A stretch of DNA of 64,000 bases from Octopus vulgaris (GCA_951406725.2 OX597817.1:112530001-112594000), one strand, 5' to 3'. Shown: positions 39,621-54,450, counted from the first letter of the stretch. Program-made: numbers and translations. Notes: a model not told the origin generated them from the letters alone.

Positions 39621-42075
39621 GGTAGCCGATTGTTATAATCGTAGATAATATTAAGAATGAGAGGATGAAAACTTTACATTTAAAATTCGAAAATACCCGC
39701 TTACTAAAATCAAGGCTCTGTTAGCAAACCTACTCTACACTACTATTCTATCAACGTATTCCGTATAAATACTGCAAAAGACGAGAACAAAAGCGCGTTA
39801 GTTACTGTGACGTGAGCATTTGTATGATGGTGGTGGTAGTTGTTATTCTTATTGTTGTTGTTGTCGTTGTAGTGGCGGTGGTGGCCGTGGTGGTTGTGGA
39901 ACCATGTTGATTCTGGGATTAGAGATAAGTTGGTCAGAGTTCGCTGGCGGTATTGGTATATACGTATGTGCATGTAAGTATACATGCAGAAGAAGCCGTG
40001 TACTATAGTTACGGATAATGTTATCAAACAGTCACTGTGAAAATGGATTTAAAATTATCTGCTTCTAGAATGAAAGGGCGAAATATTGTTCTCTCTTCTG
40101 CATAATGTTATCTGACTTAGACCCACAATAAGCTTTCTCTGCACGCGCGCGTGTACTTATGAAGGAGTTATGCACTCAAACAGATCTGTTTGCTTTGGCT
40201 GTGTGGTAAGAAATTTTCTTCCCGACCACATGGTCCCGGGTTCAGTCCCACAGCGTGACACCATGGGCAAGCATCTTCTGCAATAGCCTCGGACTGATCA
40301 AAACCTTGGGAGTGGATCTGGTAGACGGAAACCGAAGCGCGTGGGCGCGTGTATGAATGTTGGGAGGGTGGGTGTGTCAGTGTTTGCCCCCACCCTCGCT
40401 TGACAACCGCTGTTAATGTAGTTATCTTCCAGTAATCTAGCGGTTCGTCCTAAGTAATCGATAGAATACGTATCGAGCTTTAAAATAAGTAAACACTGTC
40501 TCTTAATTTGTTTGCAATTAGTGAATTTGTGTTTTCGTGAGACGTCTATTTCTGTCCTTTCTCTTCCTTTCACCCCGCCTTCTGTCTGTTTGTCTGTATC
40601 CCTCTCCCCCCCCTTTCTCTCTCCTCTTTAACACTTTTCTCCGTACGGCTATCTTTTTCTGTCTTTTGTCTTCTCTCTCTGCCCTCTACCACTTTTCTCC
40701 GTCCTACAACTGACACGTGGCCAGTGGTCATCGTCATCTCTCATACCCTTTTCCTTTCCGCACCGATCGCCGATGCGTCTGGTCGTGTGTCTCTCGTCTC
40801 CCTCTTTCAACACGTTTTGTTGTCTTTCTGTTTCTAATCCTTTAGAATATTCCTCTTGGCGTTCACCATATTTTTGTCTCCTGTCTAGCCCTAAGGTCCT
40901 ATTCTGTTTATTTATTTCATTCAGTTCGCATGTCCACATTCCGTCGTGTTTGTTTCCATTTTTGTTCCTTGTCTGTCCACTATTCGTCTCGTCTTGAATA
41001 TTATTTCGTTTGTATATTGTTTATTTATTTCATTTGTATGTTCACTTTCTTTCCCTTATTTGTTGACTCGCTATTTCCTGGTGGCTTCACGTCGTTGGCG
41101 TCACCAGAGGGGTTCAATATTATCGTTGAAGGCGCAAGATTACGTAGATCCTTTGGACGATAGCTGATGAAGATGTGGCGTCCTTGTGTCTGTTTTCCGT
41201 TTCTTTCTGCTTATATATATTATGTTTTTTTAACTTATACATACATACATACATACATACATACATACATGCATGCATGCATGCATGCATGCATACATGC
41301 ATGCATACATACATACATACATACATACATACATACATACATACATACATACATACATACATACATAGAGGGGCAAAGGTAGTACTATCATAGAGGTCAG
41401 CTGCCTTGCAGATATATGTTCTCTTTGAAAATCAAAGAAACAGAGGATATCTATGGACAACTGCTTCGAAACCTCCAGCTTCTATATCCAGACTATGAAT
41501 TCATATTATACCAATAATAATTGGAGCACTAGGTTTTGTTAAGAAATGCTTAAAGAAGAATCGGGATAAACTAGGATTTTCAGAAAGCGAAATCGACCGG
41601 TTAATTCGTACAAGTCCAATCTATGAGTGGAACAGTAAAAATAAGAAAAAAACTTTTCTCAAGTTCCAAATGTGAATTTGTCTGTGTTAACTACATCCCA
41701 AAGATGGAGCCTTGTATCTTTGTTGGAAACTGGCTCCTTCCTCAATGGAAAATTTATAATAATTAAAAAATAGAAGAGACCTACAGGCTTATGACCACAA
41801 AGTTATGGGTTCGATTCCTGGAGTTAGTTGTGTGTTGTGTCCTTAAGCAAGGCGCTTTCACATTCTTCGAGTTCGCCCAGCTAAATACTGGCACAGCCCT
41901 CCCTCATACCAGTTATCACATGTGAGTTCCGCTGGGTCATGATTAAGAAGGTCGAGAGGATGTCTATATTTTCTCGTGACTACATAGGCACCTAAAATAA
42001 TTAATGAGAACCTGGCTCAAGCCACCAACTTGTGCGTAGTGGTTATGGGTCTTGGTTTGGATATGTGTATGTGTG

Positions 42076-42428
<353 letters not shown>

Positions 42429-44206
42429 GTATATATGTGTGCGTATGTATTAGACGCTTTCACATGCATATGTTTATATATGTGCGTAAGATTGTATGTT
42501 CTTGAGGAAAGTTAGTTAAATTTGTACAATCCGAACCAATTACGCAATAGATCCATCTGAAAGTGTCTGCACTTCCCGAAAATATCTGATCTCTTCAAAA
42601 ATAGACATCATGGTCATGCAAGATTTTGGATATGATTGTATAACTTATTTGCTCTGCATTACTTTCCCATCGGTGTGTGTGTGTGTGTAAACTTTAGTAT
42701 TAATAACCTATATAAACACAAGATTACAGATGTACAGAGATGGGAAATAATATTTTTAGTCCTATTCATCATTTGAAGTACGATAACACGAACAGTGATC
42801 TCAGCAGAGAAGTTAACAATTGAAAATATATAACAATTCGTTTCATATACATTTTGTAACAAATGTTTTCTTTTTTTTTTTCTTGTTCCTAAATCTCTAT
42901 ATAACATAAATATTACAGAGTAGTAATTCAAGTAGTGCAATTCATACGAAAGCAATTGGTGTGTGCTAATGAAGAAAATCTTGAACAGAGAAAAAATTAG
43001 ATTATAAACTGGAAGGTTATACTTTGCAAGCCTTTGAGAGCCTGAAAGATGTCTGGTTTTATTACACAAATCTTGGACATGATTATTTCAGAAGCTGGTG
43101 CCTGCGCATTTAAAGCCTGCTCTGCATCACAATTTCGAGATCTGTTCATTTCAGTATTGCAGTTTTATGAAATCTCAGATGAATTGAGATTCTTTGAAAA
43201 TCACAAAATTGTCCATGACAAATAATCACACTAATGATGATTAGGAACAGTTTGAGAGACATGCTATCATTGATGTGCGAACTTCATGTATCTGAAATGG
43301 AATTTCCATTCATCAGCTCTTTTATTGATTACCTGTACCAGATGCGTCAAAATGTTTTGAATTGCATCAAGACATTAGCAATAACAAATTACAGAGTACT
43401 CAAGCAAATATTGAACCAACAACAACAACGACGCCAATGACACCTTAATGAATGTCACAGTAACAACCCAAGTTCATTTTTTTTTTGTAGACGGAACTGG
43501 CTGCTCTGAAAAGACATATTTTAATCGAACACTTTTGGGCATGTGGAAGCATAGTTGTATCAACCAGTTCTCATTGTTGCTTTAATAACACTGGCTGTAT
43601 TATTTTCTGAAAGTGGTTCTACAGCTCATTTAACCTTCCACATTCCAGTTTCTATTCACAGGGATTCTATTTTTCGCTTTACCGTCAACAACAAATTGGC
43701 AAAATAATTCGATACTGTAATTCCGTCTGTTAGGGTGAAGCACCACAAATGGCGATGAATGAATATGAAGTAATTGATTTGCAGTTTACGTCAGTTTTTG
43801 GAAGGTTATTTACTTTTTGGTTCTAGGTGATTTTCGATCAACACTTCCTAACTTAGAGAAAGCTAGCAGAGATGCTATCATAAAACATAGTAGGTAAAAT
43901 TAAACATACCATGAACCATGAATTACGACGGCGACGACAACGATGACGACGATGATGAAGAGAAGGAGAATGATGCTGTTTTTTTGTATGTTTGTTTGTT
44001 TTTTAATTTCCCACAGGAACATCTATTAAAAAAAAAAAATGTATAATGAGAGTATATTTTAGTCGTCTGAAATTTTCTTAATTTTCTCCCTCATCGTTTT
44101 TGAGATGAATTTTTGTTAACGTTAATGCTGTTTTTTTTTTCATTACAGTTATAATTTATTTTTAATATATAAAAAAGTATTACGGGTCACAACCTTAAGC
44201 ATGTAT

Positions 44207-45439
44207 CAATGTCATAACTAGAGTGTGTGCCTCCCAGGTCAGTCACTGAGTTTGCCATCATCCCCACCGTGCCTCCATAACCTGTACAGGCTTATACAGT
44301 AGAGCCAAAAGTGCTGCCTCCATTTAGGTATAGATCGGAGCGCAAAATATTTTGCCCTCGAGAGTTCCGGACCCCAGTAATACAGCCAATTAGAGCTCAC
44401 TTTGACCTTGTTGTCAAGTTAACAAAGGTATACGCTTGCAACGCTCTCTTCAAAACCAATTTTATATTCGGCAAAATTTTGATACATGCGGTTGCACATC
44501 AAAATCAAGTGCTGAGAAAGGAAGTGTCCCAATAATCAATGGACTAAACAAAGTTTTTCTTGCTTTAAAACAAAGTTATGTTAAAAACAAAGAATTCCTT
44601 GGGGGAACAGATACTGCGTTAGCTTCCGCGCTTCACTGCATTGGTTGGTACTCTGGTGTGGCACATGCTCTTGGCAAGAAAAAAAATGAAAAGTTCTAGT
44701 GCTAGTGTGAAATTTTTTCCTCTACAAACGAAAATCTCTTGTCAGTATGAAGACAAATGGTGTGCAACCAACTGCAGCATCCAGGAGAAAGATGGTTGGT
44801 GGTGGCAGAAACCGCATTGGTGCTGGCAGACCGTTGAAGGATTGTTTGAAAAGTGTGAAAGGAAAGGTGCCGTTCAGCTCTCAGATTATGCCAAGACGCA
44901 AAGCCCAACATAACATTCGTGAATGTGTTAAAAACAACCAATCTCTTCGTAAAACACACTCTACCAAGTAAACTGAAGACGAAGAAGGGTATAGTAAGTT
45001 GACTGATCGCCAAGTTATGCCTGATTTTAGAAGGACAGAAGTAATTAGATAGATTTGCATCTATACCTATAATCGGATTTTGTTAGGGCCCTATATGGTA
45101 AAGATGTGGATGGAGAAAATGTGTAGAGGTTGATGTGCCAGCACCCTTTTCTCCTTATTGTTTTACAAAGCAAACAACATCACAAATAATTACGCAGAGG
45201 CAGCCATGGTTGAAACAGGAACAAAAACAATAAGCTTTATCAAAAGAGAAAAGAAGCATGGTCATTCTTTACCCAAGTGACCTTATCTTATCGTCCATCA
45301 CTTGTTATGCGCTCATAAATTAGTTTGATAGTTGAGCTCTGATTGACTGTATGCAAATGGGGTCCGGAATTCTCGTTAGAAAAAAATTTCGCCTCCGGGA
45401 CAGACCGTTTCCTCGCCCCTCACCCTAGTTACACTGCTG
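44207..45439. mobile_element. Probable non-autonomous hAT-like element carrying the same BEL/Pao fragment (44953-45235)
   Basis: Degenerate termini CAATGTCATAACTAG / CTAGTTACACTGCTG. Inner ~65-bp inverted repeats at ~44336-44400 and ~45332-45398. The same motif (GTTCTGGACCCCAGTAAT) precedes copy 1 at ~36035-36080. Confidence 0.45.
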
Positions 45440-47478
45440 GTGTGTGTGTGTTTGTGTGTCCGTCCGTCCGTCCGTCCATCCATCCATCTGAGTGAGTGAA
45501 ATAGTCGATTATATCGACCCCAGTGCTGCTTGAACTGCACTTAATTTTATTGATGCTGGGGGATGAACGGCATCGTTGACCTCGGCAGAAAGCGTCAGAA
45601 GAATAACCTCATGGCATTTTGTATGACTTTTACCAATCCACTACCCTGCTTTCTCTTAAAATAGTGATTATTGTTATGGCTCCAAAGCTTTGTTTATCTT
45701 TCTCCCGCTCTATCTTTTCTCTATCTAACTTCCTTTTACATAACTTATACTTTTTGAAGTCTATTGGTTATCATCTTTTAAAACATAGTCTTGTCTGTTT
45801 TTCATATGAAATGGTCTAAGGTATGGCTGCTTTCCTAGTTCTAATTCCTTGTGATTTTTCATTTAAATACTTGTGGCTACTTTACAAAATGCCTTTACCC
45901 TTTCTCGATGATTTGCTTTTGTTTTAGAACTCTTGCTATCTTCTTTGAATCGATTAAGATACTTTAATCTATCTTGTAATTTTATAAGAAACAATTCAGG
46001 AAAAAGTTATCACTTACACGCCAAAATGTGCAACACAGGCACAAAGCCTGAAATTTGAGTGAATGTAATAGTCAGTTATATCGATCTCAGTGTTGCTTGT
46101 ACTGCACTATATTTTATTGACCGCGGAGGGATGAACGGCAATGTTGACCTCGGCAGAATTTGAAGTTAGAACATAAAACGCCAGAAGAATAACCTCATGG
46201 CATTTTGTCTGACTTTTACTAATCCATTACCAATTCACTACCCTGTTTTCTCTTGAAGTTAGAACATAGTTGTAGAAAATGGTATAGCCATTTGATTATC
46301 TGAGGTTTGTGGGGGCATTCTTGTAATGTTTATATATATAATTTTCGTTGAACAGTCTATTGAAGTTTTTATGTTCCCTGATTTTATATAGAAAAATATA
46401 TCAATTAAAATCATCAATAACTAAAAGAAAAAAAAAACAATGAAAAAGAACACACAAATACAAATATATGTGAAACATTTGCATACAGTTTCAAAAGAAC
46501 TTACCGTCGATCCAGGACGGACGGGCAAAGGGACTAAAAAGAATTTCGTATTTTCTCGACTTTTACCTTTATCAAATTATTACATGAGCTATAACTAAAA
46601 ATTATTGAATTATACAACATTTCCAAATTATGTAACTGAAAATAGCAGCAGAGTAGTAGGAACGTTAGTGCTCAGACTAATGGTTACTTAATCATCAGCC
46701 TTATTTTGTCTCTTCAGATCAGTGAATAGAAAACCACTGAAGCTCACTCTTCATTTCCGGATGATCGGAAAAGCTGATATAGGCTTAACGAAGTGCATTT
46801 ATAATAAATATTTTAATGAAATTCTAGGAGAATTTTGCTTATATATTGGTTTTAGAATATATTTTTGGAATACTTATTTTTGGTGAAACAGCCTCACCAC
46901 GTTTTCATAAGTAAGGTAACTTTAACCTAATTTAAGCTATTTCTATGCTTCGAACGAAATATACTACAGAGAGCAAGTTACACACCGCCATACTTGTGAT
47001 GGGGATGCTCGAAGAAAGACATTTTTACAGCACGAACTCGGTACTTATAGGTATAAACATAACGAAGTGATATTTTGTACGGACGGAGTTAATAGTCAAC
47101 GTTAATTAACGGAAATTAATTCCTCTAAAGAAAAGAATTTTTATTAGTTTATTAATATCCAGCAGTCGCAATAGAACAAAGTATAAGGAAACTTCTAGCA
47201 AACCAAGTTCACGAGCCAGATTCGATTTTTAGTTGAAGTCCTCTTGTTTCTTTTTATTTGTGTCAACTGAAGAAAATAGAACGTCATACATGCCCATCTC
47301 CTTGTAAACCAGAGGCGTTGTGGCAATGTAGGAAATCGATATTACGCAATCAGACTGTTCAATGAAGCAGACGATGTTTATCAGAAGGTACAATGAAGCA
47401 GACGACAGTGTCTGATAATACACACACATTCATACATACATGCATGCATACATACATGCGTGCGCACGTACATACCTA

Positions 47479-47580
<102 letters not shown>

Positions 47581-48654
47581 GCAGATTTACAGATCTTTCT
47601 TATTGATTCATTGGATAAATTTTTTTCAAACAGAATGGTCGACTCAAGTAAAAAAAAAAGTTCAGATGAATTTGTCCATGACTTAATTTCCCATTTTTTA
47701 AACTATTACTCTAATAATCTTATTCAAAGTATCAAAGACACCAGCTCATTTCCCTTTCTATCTTTTTTTTCTTTTTAATACCATTATTGTGATTTAAAAT
47801 TATTTAATTATTTCTGCAAAATAACATTTCTTCGCTGATATTTTAATTGCAAAATCAGCATGTTAATATATAATTAATCTAACAATGAATTATGGAAGTT
47901 ATGGGCACCATTGTGTATTCATAAATGTTTGAACTCTGTAGAGTGAATTCAATGCCTATACCAATTATTTCTCTGAAATTGAACGAAACTTTTAGAAACA
48001 ACCACTTAGAGAATTTATATTACTTAACAGTTTCCCCACCACCACACAAAAAATGTGATGACAAATTTTAGACTACTTCAGGGGATTACAGTATTGTCAA
48101 GTTTGTTCATAAAATGTTGTGGTAAAATGAGAGGATTGTTTGTATTGTTCTAACCACTTGAACCATATTTTAAATAGTGTAGGCAATTTAGGAAACAAAA
48201 GAAAACCAGTTACTGAAAGTATATAAATATTTTTCACATATTGGTTTGTATTCAGGTTGATTTGTTTGCCTGTTACGTGCTCGCAAACTTTTGTTCAATT
48301 TATAACATTCCAAACTTTTGTCCGATCCCGTCTGCAACTGTTCATTAGAGTTTGTTTATTAATACTTACATGGAGAACATGTCAGCCTGAACACAAACTA
48401 TGTCTCAAAACCCGATTGAATTTTGGGGGAAATTTGACTGTTATTTCTAGGAGGTAGAGCGGCCGGGTTGAGGCTTCTTCCTGGCCACATGTTAATTGTC
48501 TGTGACATGATTTCGCACCATTATAAGAACGACCCTGTTGTTTGCATAAATGCCTCTGTTGATCTGAAACCCCTAACTTTTCATCAAAATCATTATATCA
48601 TTTGCAGTTTTTTTTTAAATACAGTTCCTAATAATATTTAATTATACTGTATAT

Positions 48655-49120
48655 ATTTCTTTATTGCCCACAGGGGGCAAACATAGAGGGGACAAACAAG
48701 GACAGACAAAGGGATTAAGTCGATTACATCAACCCCGGTGTGTAACTGGTACTTATTTAATCGACCCCGAAAGGATGAAAGGCAAAGTCGACCTCGGCGG
48801 AATTTGAACTCAGAACGTAACAGCAGACGAAATACCGCTAGACAGTTCACCCGGCCTGCTAACAATTGTGCCAGTTCGCCGCCCTTATATTTAATTATAT
48901 AATTAAGGCGGGGAGCCGACAGAATCGTAAGCACGCTGAGTAAAATGCTTAGCGACATTTCGTCCGTCGTTATGTACTGGGTTGAAATTCTGCCTAGGTC
49001 ATCTTTACCTTTCATACTTCCGGAGTTGATTAACCAAGTACCTGTTGAATACTGAGGTCGATGTAATCGACATACCCTTTTCCCCAAAGCTGCTGGCCTT
49101 TTGCCAAAATTTGAAACCAA
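48655..49120. repeat. Head-to-head pair of the same Nin-like SINE (minus 48655-48888, plus 48905-49120)
   Basis: Same unit as the 52-54 kb cluster in opposite orientations. Other copies at ~12805-13010, 45500-45650, 46040-46250, 57600-57770. Confidence 0.8.
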
Positions 49121-51033
49121 TATTTAATTATAAAATATAATAGGAACTTTTAAAACATCAAATGGCTACGGGGGTGGGTCAAGCTGTGTAGGGGTCCATA
49201 AGCATACTGACCTAGGGGCTTAGATTTGAAATGGCTTTAGCTCAGTAACGAGAAATAAATTACAGCATTTCAGGCAACTCGTCCTGAATTATGACCAATA
49301 GTATTTCAGCGGCAACCGTATGATCAATAGAAAATTCCATGTTTCCCCACAAAATGTGGTCGCGACACAATTATTGTAGAGAAGATAGACGAACAGGATT
49401 CTTGGTCAGTTGACCGACCTTAGTTTAAAAGAATCATTTCGTTTACAATGAATACAGAACTTTCCTTCTGCTAGCCAACACGAAGATGTAGCTTTCTAAA
49501 TCTTGGTCAAACATACGCTACTCACTACTGGTAATCAGCGATACAACACCCAGCAAGAAACTATTGTAACTATTGTAATGTTTATGTATAAATAAATAAT
49601 TTCCTCAAAAACTTTAAATGGATTTGGTTTTATTACTCGGAAAGACACGCAGCACTATCAATTATTCGGCACCCATTTAATCAAGCTTCGAAAGATTTTT
49701 AAAATTGGTTTGTAAAATTTTTAAAATGCTAAAGAAAGAGCCTACGAAAAACAGAAACTTACTTTATATCAGACAATCTGTAAAATCGGTGTTAACACAA
49801 CTGATGTAGTAAGCCTATAAATATTAATTGATTAAAATTATATTCGTAATGAAGAGAAAATCCATACCTTAATAAGAAAAGACAGAGGAGACAAACACGG
49901 AATAAAAATTAATTAAAGATAGAATATCTTGAGAAGTGAATCTAATTTTTGGCAGCTCCGGATATATTTCGATCTTATTAGATCTCCTCAGCAAATCTAA
50001 GCAATCAGATATGTTTACCGACACTGAATTGAAACATAAGTCAAAGACTAATCAGCCATTCGTAACAGTAAACTTCATTATAAAATTCCTCACCATAGCT
50101 TCAGAATTAACATATATTTATTAGTTAATCTCTAGCATATTATATCTAACTATTTAGTTTGTTGAAGAAGCATATCAATGGCACACTAATTCTCGGCCCA
50201 CCAATTAATCAGTTGGGCCTAACATTTAAACACAAGCAGTAGGGGGCATTTCATTCCATTCTAGAATCTCTCTCTGCGAGTGTGTTCTTTCATACCATTT
50301 ACAACTCAAACTGAAAATCAACAGCTCTTATCTTACTGAATTATTCGGTTTCCTACCACCTCACTTCCTCTTCAGAATTGTCTGTATGGTGGAAGGGTAA
50401 ATAAATCAAGAAAAAGAGAACAAAAACAGAAAAAAAGCTGCAGGTAAACAAATAAAATGAAATATGATTAAGATTAAACCATAAACAATTGTTTATTCTT
50501 TTTATTCATCTTATTTAAAATTCATTTTATGTTCATCAATCAAAATTTTTTCATTTTTTTTTCCCCTGAAAATGTCGTCTGCATAAAGAATTGGAATTTC
50601 TAAAGAACTTTTCTCAGCATTCCATTTTACATTTTCAAAGAAGGTTAAAGCTTAAAGAAGTGATATCTCTAGGTTGAATTAAAATAAAAATGTTAATTCG
50701 TAGTACTAAATTTAAGCATGAACATTAGAATTTAGCTATTATTACTGACAGCATAATCGTTTACAATTTTTTTAAAAATATAGTTACCCTCTCTCATTGT
50801 TTGAATTGTAAATTCTTCTTTTTATTTATTTTCACAAACTGTATTTTCAAATCTATTATGGACAGATTAAAAAAGAAATTTAAAGAAAAAAGACAAACAA
50901 AACAAAATATAATGAATGAATTTCTGTTCCGTAATGATATCTTGAAAACTCTTATACCTGTTATATCCGTAAAAGTCCGTAGTTTTCCGTGCAAGTGTCA
51001 ATGATGAAATCGAGGCCGCTGAAGCAAGCGAAC

Positions 51034-51183
51034 ATGGCTCATCATTGTTGTGTACCTATGTGTAAAAACGATGCACGCTACGACCAAGATAAAATACTTT
51101 CCTTCCACAGTTTCCCAAAAGATGAAAAACTTCGCAAAGAGTGGACGAGTAAAATAAAAAGAGACGAAGGACCTCTCTTCCGA
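51034..51183 (+). CDS. THAP-domain protein, exon 1 (MAHHCCVPMCKN...SFHSFPKDEKLRKEWTSKIKRDEGPLFR)
   Basis: THAP N-half signature CxVPxC...FHxFP...W. Ends at donor CGA|GTAAGA, phase 0 (150 nt = 50 codons). Upstream in-frame ATGs exist at 51001/51004, but THAP domains are normally at the extreme N-terminus. Confidence 0.9.
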
Positions 51184-52359
51184 GTAAGACCTGCTTATAT
51201 GTTATTATAAACAATACTGTGCATGTGTAATGGTGTTCCCTTTTAGTATGGAAAAAAATCTATAAATTATTCTAAGTACATCGTTTACTTCTTTGCAAGC
51301 GATTTAACTAGAAAATAAATAAGTAAATAATTATAATAAAACTGAAAATAAGATAATTACGGCACAGTTTATTTTGTTGAAATTACTATCTTAGTACTAC
51401 CTTTTCACCGCTCCTTGTAAGAGCTGTTATTAGTTTATTAAAGAACTTTATCTTTCATTCGACTTCGAATAAGAAAAACACTGTTGCACTCCCAAAATGT
51501 GGCGAGAGAAAAAAAAATCATCAAAATTCTATAATTAAAATAAGTTTATCTGTTTTTCTTATTTTTTCGTAACAGATTGCTTTTGTAGGTTTTAATTTTT
51601 ACCTTTCTGAAAAGTTCTTTTCAATCTGGCATCTAAACACACGCACGCACAAAACTATGCACTTCCTATTCAATATACAATGTTTCGTTCTGCCAATCAG
51701 AAATATAAACAATTATTTCAGACCATGAAATCTATAAATTTCATTTATTCTTTTGAAGGTTAGGTGGGCGTATCACTTGTAGTCGTTTAACCTCAGTCAA
51801 CCCCGATTGAACAGATCTATGATTAAAGATATTCCAGTCGTGACCATCACGACATTTTGGCTACCAGAAACTACACTGTCCTATATGCTGTTGCTTTAAA
51901 AAAAATTGCAGTTTGATAAAGCGTATGCAGTTGCTATTTCTAGCAGGTCGAGCAACTGTGTTGAGGCTCCTTCGTTGGCTTGTATCACATGTAAACACCA
52001 GTTGTTGAATTACTGATAAGACAGAGAAGGGACTTGTTAATGATGCTGCAGTGCACTTTACACGAGTGTTTTTTAAAGTGGAATCTAGCGGGGGTCTCTC
52101 TTTGAAAAATACTCTAAGGCCGTTAACAGCTTTTATCGTTGTTGTTGCTATAATGAATGAATTGGTTGTTTGCTGTAAAATTTAATCCAGTGAAATCCAC
52201 TGCTCGATTTCAACCCTCAGCCAAATAGCACACGAAGTTCTTAATGTGGATTGGTATTTAATTAACAAATTGTTATGTTTTTGTTAACCGTTAGTGGTTA
52301 AGAAAATAATAATAATAATAATAATAATTCTTCTTCTTCTTCTCGTGATTATTATTATT

Positions 52360-54450
52360 GAAGGCTGTTAGCTGACAGAATCGTAGCACGCCGGGCAAAA
52401 ATGCTTAGCGGCTGTTCGTCCGTCTTTTCCGCCGAGGTTGACTTTGCCTTTCATCCTTTCGGGATCGATAAATTAAGTACCAGTTGCATTCTGGGTCGAT
52501 CTAATCGATTGGCCCCCTCCCCCAAAATTTTGGCCTTTATGCCTAGAGTAGAAAAGATTATTATTATTATTGAAGGCTGTTATCTAGCAGAATCGTTAGC
52601 GCGCCTGGCAAAATGCTTAGCGGCTTTTCGTCCGTCTTTACGTTTTGAGTTCAAATTCCGCCGAGGTCGACTTTGCCTTTCATCCTTTTGGGCTCAATAA
52701 AATAAGTAGCAGTTGAACAGTGGGGTCGATGTAATCGACTCACCCCACCCCCGAAATTGCTGCCCTTGTGGCAAAATTTGAAACCATTATTATTATTATT
52801 GAAAGTGGTGAGCTGGCAGAATTGTTAGCATGCCAGACAAATTGCTTAGCGGCATTTCATTTGTCTTTACATTCTGAGTTCAAATTCCACCGAGGTCGAC
52901 TTTGCATTTCATCCTCTCAGGGTCGATAAATTAAGTACCAGTGAAACACTGGGGTCAATGTAATCGATGAGTATTTTCCTGTCTGTTGTCCTAGTTATAA
53001 GTAAATAATTTGCATACATATAATTTGCGTAGTCATGGCTGTGTGGTAAGACGCTTACTTCCCAACCACATAGTTCCAAGTTCAGTCCCACTATGTGGCA
53101 CCTTGGGCAAGTACCTTCTACTACAGGTATGTTTAAGAACGGTTTTCTTAGGAAATGGTAGTACAATATATTCATAAACTCCTGCAAAATTTCAGGTTTT
53201 GTGTCTATGGTAGAAAGGATTATTATTATTATTATTATCATTATCAAAGCAGCAAGCTGGTAGAATTGTTAGCATGCTGGACAAAATGCTTAGTGGTATT
53301 TCACCTTTCACTATGTTCTGAGTTCAAATCCTGCTGAGGTTGACTTTGCCTTTCATCCTTTAAGTACCAGTCAAGTACTGGGGTTGATGTGATCGATTGT
53401 TCCCCTCCCCATAAAAATCCAGGATTAGTGCCTATAGAGAAAAGGATTATTATTACTATTATTATTGTGGCTAGCTGGCAGAATTCTTACCGTGCCAGAA
53501 AAAATGCTTAGCAGCATTTCATCCATCTTTACATTTTGAGTTCAAATTGCGCCAAGATCAACTTTGCCTTTCATCCTTTCAGGGTTAATAAAATAAGTAC
53601 CAGTTGAGCACTGGAGTCGATGTAATGACTTCTCACCCCGACTGAAATTGTTGGCCTTGTGTCAGAATTTCAAACCATTATTATTATTGTGATGAGTTGG
53701 CAGAAATGTTACTGCACTGGAAAAATTACTTAGCTGTATTTCTTCCAACTACATTCTGAGTTCAAATTCTACTGAGATTGACTGAAATGAATTCTTTCAG
53801 AGTCGATAAAATAAGTACCAGTTGGGAACTCGGGTTGATATAACTTGACTTGCCCCTCCTCCAAATTTCTGGCCTTATGCCAAAATTTGAATTATTATTA
53901 TTAGTATTAGTATTATTAAGGCTAGGGTTGTGATGCGTCTATAGTTTCCAGGATATGTTTTGAATTCAGATGTCAAAATTTGAATCTGGGAAGAATTTAA
54001 AAAATTCTCCGAAAGTCTGGAATCTCCACCTCTATTACTTACAAAAATTATATATTTAACATCAAAGGTATGTTGGGTAGAGTCACAGAGGAGCATGGTA
54101 ATTGTCAGTGGACGTACCTTAAATTTTGACTGTTCAGGTATGGCAATGCTAATTAAAGCAACAAATTGGCAGAATCATTAGTGTTGAACAAAATGCCTAG
54201 TAGTATTTCTTCTGACTCATTATGTTCTAAGTTCAAATTCTGCCAGGATCAACTTTGCCTTTTATCACTTATGAGTCAATAAAATAAGTTCCAGTCAAGT
54301 ATTGGAGTCAATGTAATTGACTTCACCCCCCCCCCCAAATTACTGGCCTTGTGCCAAAATTAGAGCTGGGCAGAATCATTTGAGCATCAGATGATCTAGT
54401 GGCATTTCTTCCAGTTTTATGTTTTGAGTTCAAATTCTGCCACAGTCAAC
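52360..54450 (+). repeat. Head-to-tail cluster of ~8 tRNA-derived SINEs with a Nin/Deu-like core
   Basis: Unit GAGCTGGCAGAATCGTTAGC...GAGTTCAAATTCCGCCGAGGTCGACTTTGCCTTTCATCCTTTCGGGGTCGATAAA.TAAGTACC. Heads near 52361, 52572, 52801, 53247, 53467, 53689, 54157 and 54362, mostly separated by (ATT)n. Confidence 0.85.

Noticed and set aside
42990-43265. Signal-peptide-like (MSLKLFLIIISVIICHG) and LRR-like (IKPDIFQALKGLQSI) fragments on minus strand
   Set aside because: Different frames, stops and only one LRR-like unit; insufficient to call even a pseudogene without a homology search.
52360-54450. Repeat-spacer-like periodicity resembling a CRISPR array
   Set aside because: Units are ~200-bp SINEs in a eukaryotic genome, with no short conserved repeats, unique spacers or cas genes.
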